A stretch of DNA of 64,000 nucleotides from contig OZ316898.1 in NCBI GenBank assembly GCA_973895155.1, forward strand, positions 4,572,979 to 4,636,978, read 5' to 3'. Under the pieces are notes generated by a model that worked only from the letters and a program-made list of their open reading frames with translations, ran no database searches and was not told the origin of the DNA. Below are positions 35,811 through 47,880 of the stretch, piece by piece. The DNA is from Marsupella aquatica (taxonomy: Eukaryota; Plantae; Marchantiophyta). The position numbers and the translations under genes are program-made. Numbering within the stretch: the first letter of the stretch is position 1; each line of letters opens with the position of its first letter.

Positions 35811-37325
35811 CTGATGTACGGTAGAATTATATGTTGAATTATGGTGCCGTCGACGACCGTTCGTGTCTGGGGAATATGTAATATGTACCAATGCATCGTC
35901 AGGATCGCTTTTTAAACCCAACGGGAGTTAAATAAATAGGTGGAATAGAAGGTTCCTTTTAGGCTAGCGAGTGTTACTTTTTGCTAACGAGATTGTTTTC
36001 GTGCCAAATTTTGGGTATTCCAAGGAAAAAATGATCCCGTGCGAGTAAATTTTTTACTGTTTCCTCGCAGGCTACAATGACCCCTCAAATCGTCCTCTGT
36101 CCTACTTCTCCTGCTATTCTCCAATTGGGGAGCTAGGTCATCGCACCCTACTGCATATTTCACTTGGCCATTAGTGTCTGCTGGCATTACGATGTCGTGA
36201 GGTTTGGTCTAGCGCTTCTTGTGTTTGTCTTCATCGTCAGTATCGTTACTCTCCTAGAATTGGAGATGATCAGTCCGGGTCGCCGGAGTATTTTCTCGGC
36301 CTCGACTGTACGGGGAACCGGCTTCGATCAATCATCAGACGTAAATGAAGGTGACACAAATGGAGGGACAGCATTACTGCCCTCAAATGGTAGAGCATCA
36401 TTCACAAATCCTCGCAGTTTTCGATGCGGCGCCATTGCCACAGCGGTCAAATACATTCCCACCTGCAGGACAAGCGGCTGCAAGCTATGGTAGAGTATTT
36501 TTAATTCCTGATTCCGCACTCCCTGTCTTGCTTTTGAGGGCCCAAACGTTTCATATCATCCCTGGAGAGTGAACTAAGGCAGTAAGACTTTGGTCAATAT
36601 AATTCGTTCAATTGGTGAGTAGTACCAATTCATGTTTTAACTACATTTCGCATTAGCCATGAGTAGTGACAATCAGATTTTGCGTCCGACACGATTCACA
36701 ACGCACGCAATGTAATCTCCCTTCTTTGCCTTCAAACGAAAAAGATCATTATTTGGCAACGATTTGTACACTGCTGCCGAACTCTTCGAGGGTCTCCTTG
36801 GTTCTCAAAATGCACCTTCCTCTTCCGTGCCGGCGTTGGATGTGCTGCAGGAGGGACAACCGACTACATATCACCAGAAATGGCATCAATAGCTGCTAAT
36901 GGGCAAGAAAGAACTGGGGAGAATGCATCACTGCCCTCGAATAGCAGAGCGCCAGTGGAAAATATGAGTCGGACTTCGAGCACCTCGCGATTGCTTGGGC
37001 AGTTTAGTTGCCCGTGTACATTTCCGTGGACTCTCACCACTCCAAGCAATGGTATATTAGGTTTTAATAATGTATGATGTCGTTCTCTCTTTCCTGCGTT
37101 TTAGGGGACTGACATCTTCTTCGGAATCATTAGTCATCAAGATGGTGAAGTAAAGCTCGCCGGGCTGAGTCCCTTCGTTTCGTTTCAATCATTATCACCA
37201 TAAGCTTTGCAGTCACCACCACTACGTGATCTATCTGTTTGGAATACTAGTCATTTTTTTCAAAATAGCTCGCTTCAGTCTATCTTAATTTCTCTGCTCC
37301 TCGATATTTACCGTCATCGTCTGCT

Positions 37326-38537
37326 ATGGCAGCTGCTGCATGTCCTGGCCCTGAACATTTTAAAGTGAGACATCTATCACAAGCAGAGAAGTACCATCTC
37401 GAGAAACCACTAAGAGATCCATATCTGCAAACATTGAGTTGCTCCAGGGTATTTGAGGATCCTCTTGACCGGCTAAAAGTGTGGCCGCGGTTCTTTCCAA
37501 CGACAGAAGCGTCTGGCATAGAGCTTAGAGATGGATTCGTGACTCTTTGGACAACTTTCATCCTGGCGGTAAGAGGAAAGAACTAAAACGTCTCCAATCT
37601 CCTCCACCCACTCGCCCCCCCCCCCCGTTGTTTACTGTCTTCTCACTAGTATCTGCTCTGGCTTTAATTGTGTATCACCGTTGGTCGTCACTTCTGTCAT
37701 TTTGTTTACAGAAATGTATGTCTGGACCTTAACCCCTTTTTTAAATTTTCCAGAGGAATAAGAAAACAAGAAGAACATTTCATTGTATGGTTTCTAGCAT
37801 TTTCTTTTTGCATGTATTGAAGTGCGTTTACTCGTTCTGTTGCTCCTTTCAACACATGCTTGGAAGGAACTAGAAGATCTATCCGAATCCTCACAGAAGA
37901 ATAATTTAAGGATAATGATGGTCAAGTTCTTACTGACGGTCTTGGTAGTACTTTAGTTTCTATCTGTCTGCATTGGTTAACTTCATTAATCTATTCCACA
38001 ACTTACACTATACAGCCAGTTCATTGGAAGGCAGACTTAAGCTAATTCTTCCCTGTTCTGAACAGTTTAGCTCAATTTCTCATCCATCGCATATATGAAT
38101 GACCTGTGAATGGTCTTTTGGGACATGTGCAGGAGTCAGTCCTAGCTGCGGTTGCAATTCAGCCCTTTGTTTCAAACCCCGGCAATCTCACAGGTTTGAA
38201 ATACAATATATACGGACTGGTGTGGATGCTGGCCCTGATTAGTGACTTTCTGAGTCTTGCTGTCACTGCCCTTTTCTTGGGTTACTTGCATGGCAGCCCC
38301 GCTAAACTTACGTACATGTGGGTCTGCAATATCGGTGCATGGATTGGTGTCCCTGCAGTTCTAGTGTTACTAGCTACTTTCGTGAGCCTTGGTGCCATCG
38401 CCTATACTTCATGGGCCGTTTATGGGCAAACATTGGGGATAGTTTGCACGATTATCGAAGTGCTCGTTGTTATTTTTTCTATTGCCACTTCTACTTCTCT
38501 TGGGAAGGCCTATAGAGCAGCGGAAGGCCTGGACTGA
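37326..38537 (+). CDS. Uncharacterised four-helix membrane protein, copy 3, 215 aa; join(37326..37568,38133..38537)
   Basis: Same splice sites and phase as copies 1 and 2. Intact frame. Confidence 0.75.
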
Positions 38538-40600
38538 GGACCAACCAAGATTGCGTTTGAAGAGGTCTGCGAAAGGAATTGCGGGTGCTAGACCAAATGA
38601 TTTTCGAGTAAGATCGATCTGGATCTCTGAGATGCTTGCTCCACTCCAGCTCAATTACTGAGGATTATACACCATCTACTCATTGATTAGCTCACAAGAA
38701 CTAAGACTTGCTCCCTGAGCTCTCCATCTTGCAGGAAGCATTCAAGGTCTGCATTTCGATATTTCGCTCTTCTTCTGCTTAACTAAATGGTTTCTCCTCG
38801 AGAAGCGAATGCTCTAGTCCAGTGCAAAGAGGAAGGTTTCCAGCTCACTGTATATAATGTGGAGTCCTCATATGAGTGCCTTTTGGACAACATAGCAGGT
38901 ATGGCGGATGGAACTCTATCTGAACATAACACTCTGACTTGATAAATACACCAGGCCCTGGAAGTAGTGGGAAAATCAAGATAGATGTCGCTTGTTTGAT
39001 CAGGCTCTCCATTTGTTTGCAAGCTTCATAAAATCAGGCTTATTAAGGACTTTCCCATATTTCGTAGAGTGTCCATGCTTACTGGTTTGACTGCATCCAG
39101 GATTAGTAAAGCCGTGTTGGACAGGCCCGCTAGTTTTCATTGTTACAATGCGCTCGTGAAAGAAATTGAGTTTAGTGAGAAATGTTTTATCGTGAAAGGG
39201 ATGGGGAAGATGAGGAGGATGAAGAATCAAAAAATCAAAATGGGGAAAGGGAGGGGATTTGGAACGGAGAAGAAAGGCTCTTATTCTTCCTTTCGAGGCT
39301 CTTTTGCCGATGTTTTTCAGTCCTTAAGTCTGAGACCATTGGACTGATGGGGCTGTCGTAATTGATCTTGTAAGACTATCGCTGAAGAAGTCCTTGTTGT
39401 CAAAACAAAATTGGGGTGAAAACCTGTTTCAGATTTATATCTTCATGCACAACACAGTAAGTAGATGGAAAAAACTACGATAAACTTGACTTGGACTGAG
39501 CCGAAAATCAACTTACTTGGCAAAGTGAGTATGTCAGCTCTGGGAACGAGAGAAGGATTCGATCGCAAAGAATCCATCTACCAAATCACGTGAACCTGTT
39601 TTCGAATGTGTCTTGACACGAAATCAACAAGGGGCATTGTGCGTAACTGAAGTGTATCAATCGAATTTGGTCATTCCTTTAAAAACTGTATCAAATGTAT
39701 AGTCCTACACAAGCCAAGTCATTTATAGCCAAGTGATTTATGTACAGAACCCTGCGCCCCTCAGGAATGTCGGAAACAATTCGGTTCTTTACTCTCTTGG
39801 ATAATCACATAGCAAAATTGTAGATCTGCCATTGTAGCATAGCCCAATGCTTGCATAGTAATGTTGATGAAAAGTGGTGTTGTGCAAAAATGTTGTCTAG
39901 TACAAGTGAGCTACTTAGTCACTCAAATGTAATATGTAACAAAGTGAACAAAAACCAAGAGTTCAAACCCATATAAGAATAAGAAAAATGAAAAGACTGT
40001 GTATTGCAGTTTAGAGTAGATTTTGGATGATTATTCAACCTATGGAGAACAGGAATCAAGCAAACACAAAGCAACTCATAAAGTGCAACTAAAATCAGGT
40101 AAAGTTGAGGAGTAATGGTAAATTGGCTTTTAGAACCAAGGTCAGAAGGATGTCTACTTGGTCATCCAATGGCTCTCATTGCACCCAGTCCTGTGATCAA
40201 AGGTGTATACGGTTGTGGGTGACCATTGGATGTGAAGACTCTAACACAGGTTAATATTCTAGATCCACAATCAAAACAGTGACTGTGAAAAATAGAAAAA
40301 ACTCTGTGACAAAATATGTAGTATGGCAAAAAAAAGTGGTTATCTACTAAACCCAAGCTACAATGATATAGCTTTGTCGAACCGCAAAGGAAGCTTGGGG
40401 CGGCCATGAGGGACAGTAAGTTGTCACTTTTGCTATAGTGAATTTCATGAAACTGGTGGTTTTGATGTTTAGGGAGTGGAGTCCAATAAGCATATTGAGG
40501 TTTTCTTTCCCTCTGGTGTTATCCTAGAAGCCAAAAGTTTTTTTATCTATCTTAGTTCAATGAAACCGATGAATTCTTCATTGTCTGGATGAGTCTGTTG

Positions 40601-43600
40601 TGCTGAGCATGGACGACATTCGTAACAGCAAGCCCATGAACCATCCAATGCACAATAGTCGACACAGAGAGATACGTGGTTCACCTCCACATAAGGCTAC
40701 GTCCACGGGAACACACAAGAAGCTTTACGGCACTCTAGGCCGACCGGCCATACCAAGCATCCATAGCACAAGCTCTCCTTATCTCTTAACTAGCTCCGTA
40801 ACAATGAGCCTAAGTTCCACCAGGGTCTGGCTTCAGCCCTGGCTATATGCACAACAGCACTACCGCTAACATTAGCTAAGTCCTAACCCGAGTTAGACTA
40901 ACTGTGGTTAGCTCATGAATCACAAGACTAGAGCAATATCTAACAAACTCCCCTTGATTCTTGTCTTGGGGACTGAACTAAATGCTACCATATGGAATCC
41001 TCAGTGGGAAGTTCTAGACAATCACCAAACTAGGTCTCCCCCTAAAAACCACAAGGGTTAACTAGAACTAAGCCGTAGCCAAACAGGAATGAGTAATCCA
41101 TATACAAACTTTTGAGCTAAATAACTCTACTTGCACTACAATTGCAAAACTTGCAAAGTAGCACGGTGTCTTGAGAAACTCTCCAAAGGAATCACTTTGG
41201 TAAAGGCATCGGCGAGATTGAGCTTTCCATCAATCTTGACTAGCTCAAAAGTTTTATCAGACACTGCTTGTCTGATAAAATGGTACCTGATATCAATGTG
41301 CTTCACCCTGCTATCCATCACCTGGTTAGCAGCCAAGTGAAGAGCACTTTGACTATCACAGTTTAGAGTCATTTTGCCATGCTCTAAACCCATCTCTACG
41401 ATCAACTTGTCCAACCAAATTGCTTCCTTTGCTGCTTCTGCTGCTGCAACATACTCTGCTTCTGTAGTAGACTGAGATATACACTTCTGCAAGGTAGATT
41501 TCCAACTGATACATCCTCCTCCAAGAGTAAATACAAACCCAGTTGTAGACCTCCTTGTATCCAGACAGCCTCCATAGTCAGAATCTACATAGTCAACTAA
41601 CGTTCTATCTGATTTGTTATCAAATAGTAATCCATAGTCCTGTGTACCCTTGAGATACCTGAGAATCCATTTCACAGCTTCCCAATGTACCTTCCCTGGA
41701 TTTGACATGAATCTTCTGACCTTGCCCATCGCTAGGGCCAAGTCAGGCCTAGTACAAGTCATCAAATACATCAGACTGCCTACTGCCTTCTCATAAGGAA
41801 TCTTAGCCATCAGACCTTTCTCCACAGCATCCGTAGGAGAGAAAGTCGATGATTACTTGAAATGTGAAGCTAAAGGAATACTCACTGGCTTACAGTTCTT
41901 CATGTTGAATTGTGCAAGTACTTTCCTCGCATACTGGCCTTGACTCAAGCACAACTGTCCAGTCTCATAGTTCCAAAAAATCTCTATCCCTAAGATCCTC
42001 TTGGCCTTACCAAGATCCTTCATCCTGAATTCAGCACTCAATTTTGCCTTGAGATTGTCAACCTCAGATTGATCTTTAACGACAATCAGCATGTCATCCA
42101 CATAGATCACCAGAATGATGAAACCAAATACATCATTCTTGACTGATTTCGTATACACACAAGGATCATACACCATCCTTGTAAAACCTTGAGCAAACAT
42201 GAAATCATCAAACCACTTGTTCCACTGTCTGGGAGACTGCTTCAATCCATACAAGGACTTGAGCAATCTGCAAACTAAGTTCTCTTGGCCCTTCTTCATA
42301 AAGCCTAGTGGCTGTCTCATGAAGATCATCTCTTCCAAGTTGCCATAGAGAAAAGCAGTAACAACATCCATCTGATCCATCACCAGACCAAAAAACACAA
42401 CAAGTTGACACAAGATCTGAATTGTGGAATACTTAGCCACCGATGAAAAGACCTCATTGTAATCCACTCCTTTCTCCTGAGTGAATCCCTTGGCAACAAG
42501 CCTTGCCTTGTAGATCTTATCTCCACCCTCTGAAGGATTGTCCTTCAACTTGTAAATCCACTTGCTGTCCACCACTTGCTGACCTCTTGGAAGCTCCACC
42601 AACTCCCATGTCTTGTTGTCACTCAAAGATTGCAACTCCCTCTGCATTGCTGCATTCTACTCATGCTTCTGCTCTGAAGCACAAGCCTCACTGTACGAAG
42701 AAGGCTCTCCTTCTTCCAAGATCAAAGCCATGTCATCTTCATCAGGTGCAATGTCAATATCATCTAGCTTATATGAGTCTGCCCATTGACCATACTTGGT
42801 AGGAGCTCTAGTAGAATGACTGGAAGTTCTTCTAGTAGATGACTCAGGCTGATCTGCTGCTGTTGGTTGAATTTGAGGTACCCCAGCAGCAATCTGCTCC
42901 TCTTGTTCCATCACAGGAACCAGCTCCAAGCCCGAAGCTTCTCCATCTCTCTTGTCATGAACATCATCATGACTAATCTCCCCCTCAACCCGGTCCGGGA
43001 TGGGAGATTTCCCCTTGTCAGTATGGGAGTCCTGAGAACTCTCCGCCTCCTTTGATGATCTGGATTCATTAAAGGACACATCTCTACTGACAATTAGTTT
43101 ATGAGTTACTGGATCCCATAACCTATAACCCTTCACACCTTTCTGATAGCCAAGAAAAATGCACTTCTTCGACTTGGACTCCAACTTGGATCGAAGCTGG
43201 GAAGGTGTAAGCACATAAGCATCACATCCAAAAATTCTCAGATGTGAGTAATCTGCTGGACACTCGTACCTCATTTCAAATGGTGTCTTGAATCCAATAG
43301 AACTGGATGGAGAAAAATTTACCAAATAAGCTGCAATGTTGACAGCTTCAACCCAAAACTCATGTGGTAAGCATGATTGACTCAACATACTCCTCGAGCG
43401 GTCCAATAGTGTTCGGTTGAGTCTCTCAGAAACACCATTCTGCTGAGGAGTATAACTTGTTGTGAGATGGCGGGTGATCCCCTGCTCCTTATAGTACGTT
43501 CCAAATTCCCCGGAACTGTATTCACCGCTGTTATCCGATCGAAGATATCTCATCTTATTACCAGTCTGATTCTCAACTTGGGTTTTCCACTCCTTAAAAG

Positions 43601-46210
43601 TGGCAAAAACATCAGACTTACTATGTAGAAAGTATATCCACACATACCTTGAGTAATCGTCAATGAACGTGACATAGTATAACCGTTCAGAATGTGAGGG
43701 AGTAGGGGCTGGACCCCACACATCACTATGTACATACTCAGGTACCTCCTTGCTGGTGTGAGTTCCAACTCCGAAGGGTTTCCTGTGTTGCTTCCCAAGC
43801 ATACAGTGCACACAAAATTCCAACTTACAAGACTGCAAATTAGAAAGTAGTCATTTTTTCTGAAGAATAACCAAACCTTTTTCACTCATGTGGCCCAAAC
43901 GGAAGTGCCACAGCCGGGCCGTCTCCTCATGAGATAAGGTTAGATTGGCTTCATCACAGACTACACTGCCCTTCAAAACGTATAGATTGCTATGTCTCTT
44001 TCCCTTCAATACAACTTTAGTACCAGTTGAAACCTGAAGGACACCATTAGCAGAACTCCACTGATGACCATTTGCTTCTAAAACTCCAAGTGAAATGAGA
44101 TTTTTCATCATGCTGGGAATATGTCTCACATTCCTCAATGTTCTTACAGCACCATCAAACATCTGAAATCTTACAGATCCAAGTCCAACAACTTGACATG
44201 GGATTCCATTTCCCATCAACACTGATCCGTTGGAAACCGTGTAAGAACTGAAACAATCTCTTCTAGAGCAAATGTGAAAAGTACATGCACTATCTAGAAT
44301 CCAGTCATCACTACCTGGATTTGACCTAAACCTGTTTTGTCCAGTTGAGCGTTGCGCTGCTCTCCCACGGTTCACGTTCAGCGCAGTGCCAGAAGAAGAT
44401 GCTGTCTGTGATTGACCCAGCTTCTTCTGAGCATCATCAGACAATAAAGAGCTCACCACCTCATTATACGAAATGGACTTCAGATCTCTGTACAAGAGCA
44501 CCTATTTCAGGCCTTGACATAACGGCGGTAAGGAGCTTAGCAAAAGCAAGGCCTTATCCTCATCTTCAACTCCTTTTCCCAGGTTTGACAAATCCACCGC
44601 TAGACTGTCAAACTCATCCAGGTGATCCTGCATCTTGCTCCCTTCCTTGAGCCTGAGGCTCATCAAGAGAGACTTCTTGTATAGCCGGTCTGACGCATCT
44701 TCCCGATAATACTTCTCTCTAAGAGCCTTGAACAGTGATTAGCAATCCGCATAATCATCCAGTTGCTTGATGATGTGCGGCTTAAGATATAGCATCACTG
44801 CATTGACAGCAATCACCTGTTCCTATCTCCATTGTCTTACAGAAATTTCCTCCTCTCCATCATATTGCTCTCGCGAAGAGAGCAGATGAGCTAAGCCCAT
44901 GGCCCATAGAACACCCTTCACTTGCTTCTCCCACAGCAAGTAGTCAGTACGACCATCGTACTTCTCCACCTCAAACTTCACTCCTCCAAATCTAGCCATC
45001 TCCCTCTTCTTCCCCACTACCAACAGTTCTGGTAGTAGAACAGCTTCCTCCACTGCGCGCCGCACCGGTGATCGTATCGGTGTTACAAGTTCCTCCTCAA
45101 ATGGTAGCAGCTCCTCCTCAGACTCACCGTCTGACCGTCGTGATCCTGAAGCTCCACGGACGCCAATTCTTCCAGTATCCTCCGAGTCATTCAAAAGCCG
45201 CTGATTGAAATGAGGAAAGTGAACGCCACCAACGGAAAAAATTTCCGAATTTCACCGGCATAGTCTGCAGCTCCAGCAAAGTAAATAATTTCTGCCGCGT
45301 CGTCTTCACTCCGCGTCAAGTGCCAATCCCGAGCTCAAAATGACCGCCTCGCCGTGATCAATCCGTTGAGCCGTAGCACTTCGCGTTTCTTCCACCGAGT
45401 CGGACGTCACGAAGAGAAACCCGGTTCAGATGAGAACAAGCTCCATAGCTTGTGAAAAAACCTGAACGCCTTCTTCACTCGTCACGTCACACTCAGTAAC
45501 AACTCGGCAGCAATTCAGCTATCAAAATGACCAGCTCGCTTCAACCTTCAACTTGAGCTATAATGTGTGATCCCTCCCGCACCGCACAGCCCACACCGTT
45601 GAAAAACGCAAACTCAGGTCTCTCCCCCGAAATATCGTCGAACACGAATAAACCCTGAACGACGCAAACTTCAATTCCTCCGCACCACGGATACCGATTA
45701 GCGAGTTCTAACCACCGTTAGAATGCCCTCTCACTAACCTATCCGCTCAGCCTCACACATTCGAGTTTCATGCGATGAAACTCCGAATGTACCATCGACA
45801 GTGAACGCTGGAAAAAACCTGTCACGTAAAAACCTCGTCACTTCCCAGGCATACTCTGATACCACTTGTTGAGCATAGATGACATTCGTAACACCAAGCC
45901 CATGAACCATCCAACGCACAATAGTCGACACAGAGAGATACGTGGTTCACCTCCACATGAGGCTACGTCCACGGGAACACACAAAAGCTTTACTGCACTC
46001 TAAGCCGACCGGCCATACCAAGCATCCATAGCACAAGCTCTCCCTATCTCTCAACTAGCTCCGTAACAATGAGCCTAAGTTCCACCAGGGTCTGGCTTCA
46101 GCCCTAGCTATATGCACAACAACACTACTGCTAACATTAGCTAAGTCCTAACCTGAGTTAGACTAACTGTGGTTAGCTCATGAGTCACAAGACTAGAGCA
46201 CTATCTAACA
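40601..46210 (-). mobile_element. Full-length but decayed Ty1/copia LTR retrotransposon (Tnt1-like)
   Basis: TG..CA LTRs at 40601-40945 and 45867-46210 (about 16 substitutions and 1 indel by my count). TSD TGTTG at 40596-40600 and 46211-46215. tRNA-Met PBS TGGTATCAGAG at 45854-45864 (minus strand). PPT next to 40946. Domain order gag-PR-INT-RT-RH. Confidence 0.95.
41136..44998 (-). pseudogene. Copia gag-pol polyprotein with multiple in-frame stops
   Basis: MARFGGVKFEVEKYDG (gag), WILDSACTFH (protease), VHSDVWGP...QNGVSER (integrase), YKARLVAKG...IYVDDM (RT), YVDSDYGG...HIDIRYHF (RNase H). Stops at 44823, 43851, 42657 and 41853, among others. Confidence 0.9.
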
Positions 46211-46346
46211 TGTTGGGTAAAAAACTTGGAGATCAAAAAGTGTTACAATCTAAAACTGGTTTGTTTGTGGGCACTCCTCAAAGTCTCAATGCAATCCCAT
46301 TCCCAATACAAATATGAAAATGAAAAGTCAGGTAGATTAACATTTG

Positions 46347-46687
46347 TGTTAGGTATTGCTCTTAGTCTTGTGACTCATGAGTTAACCACAGTTAGGCTAA
46401 CTCAGGTTAGAACTTAACTAAGGTTAGCGGAAGTGTTGTTGTGTATATTGCCAGGGCTGGTGCCAGCCCCTGAACTTAGGCTCATTGTTACGGAGCTAGT
46501 TGAGAGATAGGGAGAGCTTGTGCTGTGGAAGCTTGGTATGGCCGTTCGGCCTAGAGTGCAGTAAAGCTCTTGTGTGTTCCCGTGAACGTAGCCTCATGTG
46601 GAGGTGAACCACGTATCTCTCTGTGTCGACTCTTGTACGTTGGATGGTTCATGGGCTTGTAGTTGCGGATGTCGTCTATGCTCAACA
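46347..46687 (+). mobile_element. Solo LTR of the same copia family, inverted relative to the adjacent element
   Basis: Reverse-complement match to both LTRs, TG..CA ends, own 5-bp TSD ATTTG (46342-46346, 46688-46692). Confidence 0.92.
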
Positions 46688-47880
46688 ATTTGTTGGAAAA
46701 AAAAGTTCCACGGATTGAATTTGAAAACACCCTGCCCAGTGTGAAAAATGACTTCTTCTTTGGTACAAAATAGTGTTGATTGTAGAGCGAGTTAACCCTC
46801 ATGCAGCTGTGAACAATTGCAAGTGTATACTTATCCACATTTAGCACTTAATCCATTTGTCATGTAGTCAATCAATGTGCAGTTAGAAAGGGTGCCACCT
46901 GTACCCCATTTGTTTAGGAAAGAACTAGTAGGGATGCACTTCTGGACTGTGCAGTTAAACATGACTCATTGGACCAACAGCATAAGAGGTAGGAACCAGG
47001 TGGCTTTACAAGATGTGGGGGGCCATTTGTCTTTTTTAAATTCCCTTTAAGATCACATCTGGACCTTACTATGAGTCTAAGCGGCTGCAGCTGGCAAGTA
47101 TTTGGGGGAGGTCTATGGTCTCTACTACCCTACATTGCTTTCAAAGTAAAAACTGATGTCTAGAGAAATGTTTTACATCATGATTGCACTACTTTGAAAG
47201 GTGAAAATATTAAGGTTTCACACCCACATGCTGAAATCTGATTGTAGCTAAAATACTACCCACAAGTAAGGATTTACATGCAACTAGAGACTTACCATGA
47301 CTCGCTAGAGCTTGAGGAGGTTGTAATATCACTGAAAATTGTCTAAAGAACTAAAAATGACCCTCCAATTAAAACTTTTCTTGGTGAAAAAAGTCACTCT
47401 CAATGGGGTTAATTTTCCCGACAGGTAATCACACATCAAAATGTGTAATATGAGGTGTGCACTCATCTTACTTATAAAGCGTCAACTACAAGCTAGAGTT
47501 GAGGCTTAGGCTTCTAGAGTGAACTAAGCCTCTAGACCGTAACTCCATGGCTCATCATGTGGATGTGAAAACTCATGACTATATGATATAGGTTAAATGA
47601 TAATCATGCATGTTTTTTATCATGATTTTTATTTATATTACAATATGAGCTTATGGCCCCACCATAACATCTTTCATAGAAAGAGGGATGTGAATAGAAA
47701 AGAACATGGTATGTTATATATGATTATTAAAATGATGATAATTTTCAAAAAATGTAAATAATGAATATATTTTGGTGACATTTTTATTATACTCCTTGCT
47801 ATTCACATTCAAAAAAAGGGTACTCTGTGCTATTGATTTAAAAATAATAATGTGACTTATCATGGTATGGAGCTATGTGG

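Larger units (their letters stand above)
24921..36083. mobile_element. 11.2-kb Mutator-like (MULE) DNA transposon with accessory genes
   Basis: 9-bp TSD CTCAAATCG at 24912-24920 and 36084-36092. The empty site is visible in paralogous units (e.g. ~18296-18310). Short imperfect TIRs: left GAGGAATTGTACGGTGCGAGGAAACAG, right reverse complement GGGTCATTGTAGCCTGCGAGGAAACAG. Encodes a DDE/SWIM transposase. Confidence 0.9.
21722..39103 (+). repeat. Segmental duplication unit 4, split by the MULE insertion at 24921-36083
   Basis: 21722-24920 plus 36093-39103 is colinear with 12134-15633 and 5494-11736. Confidence 0.85.

Noticed and set aside
24956-35990. Palindromes as a CRISPR array or as nested MITEs
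   Set aside because: Spacing is irregular (90 bp to over 2 kb), there are no TSDs, and there is no similarity beyond the 18 bp.
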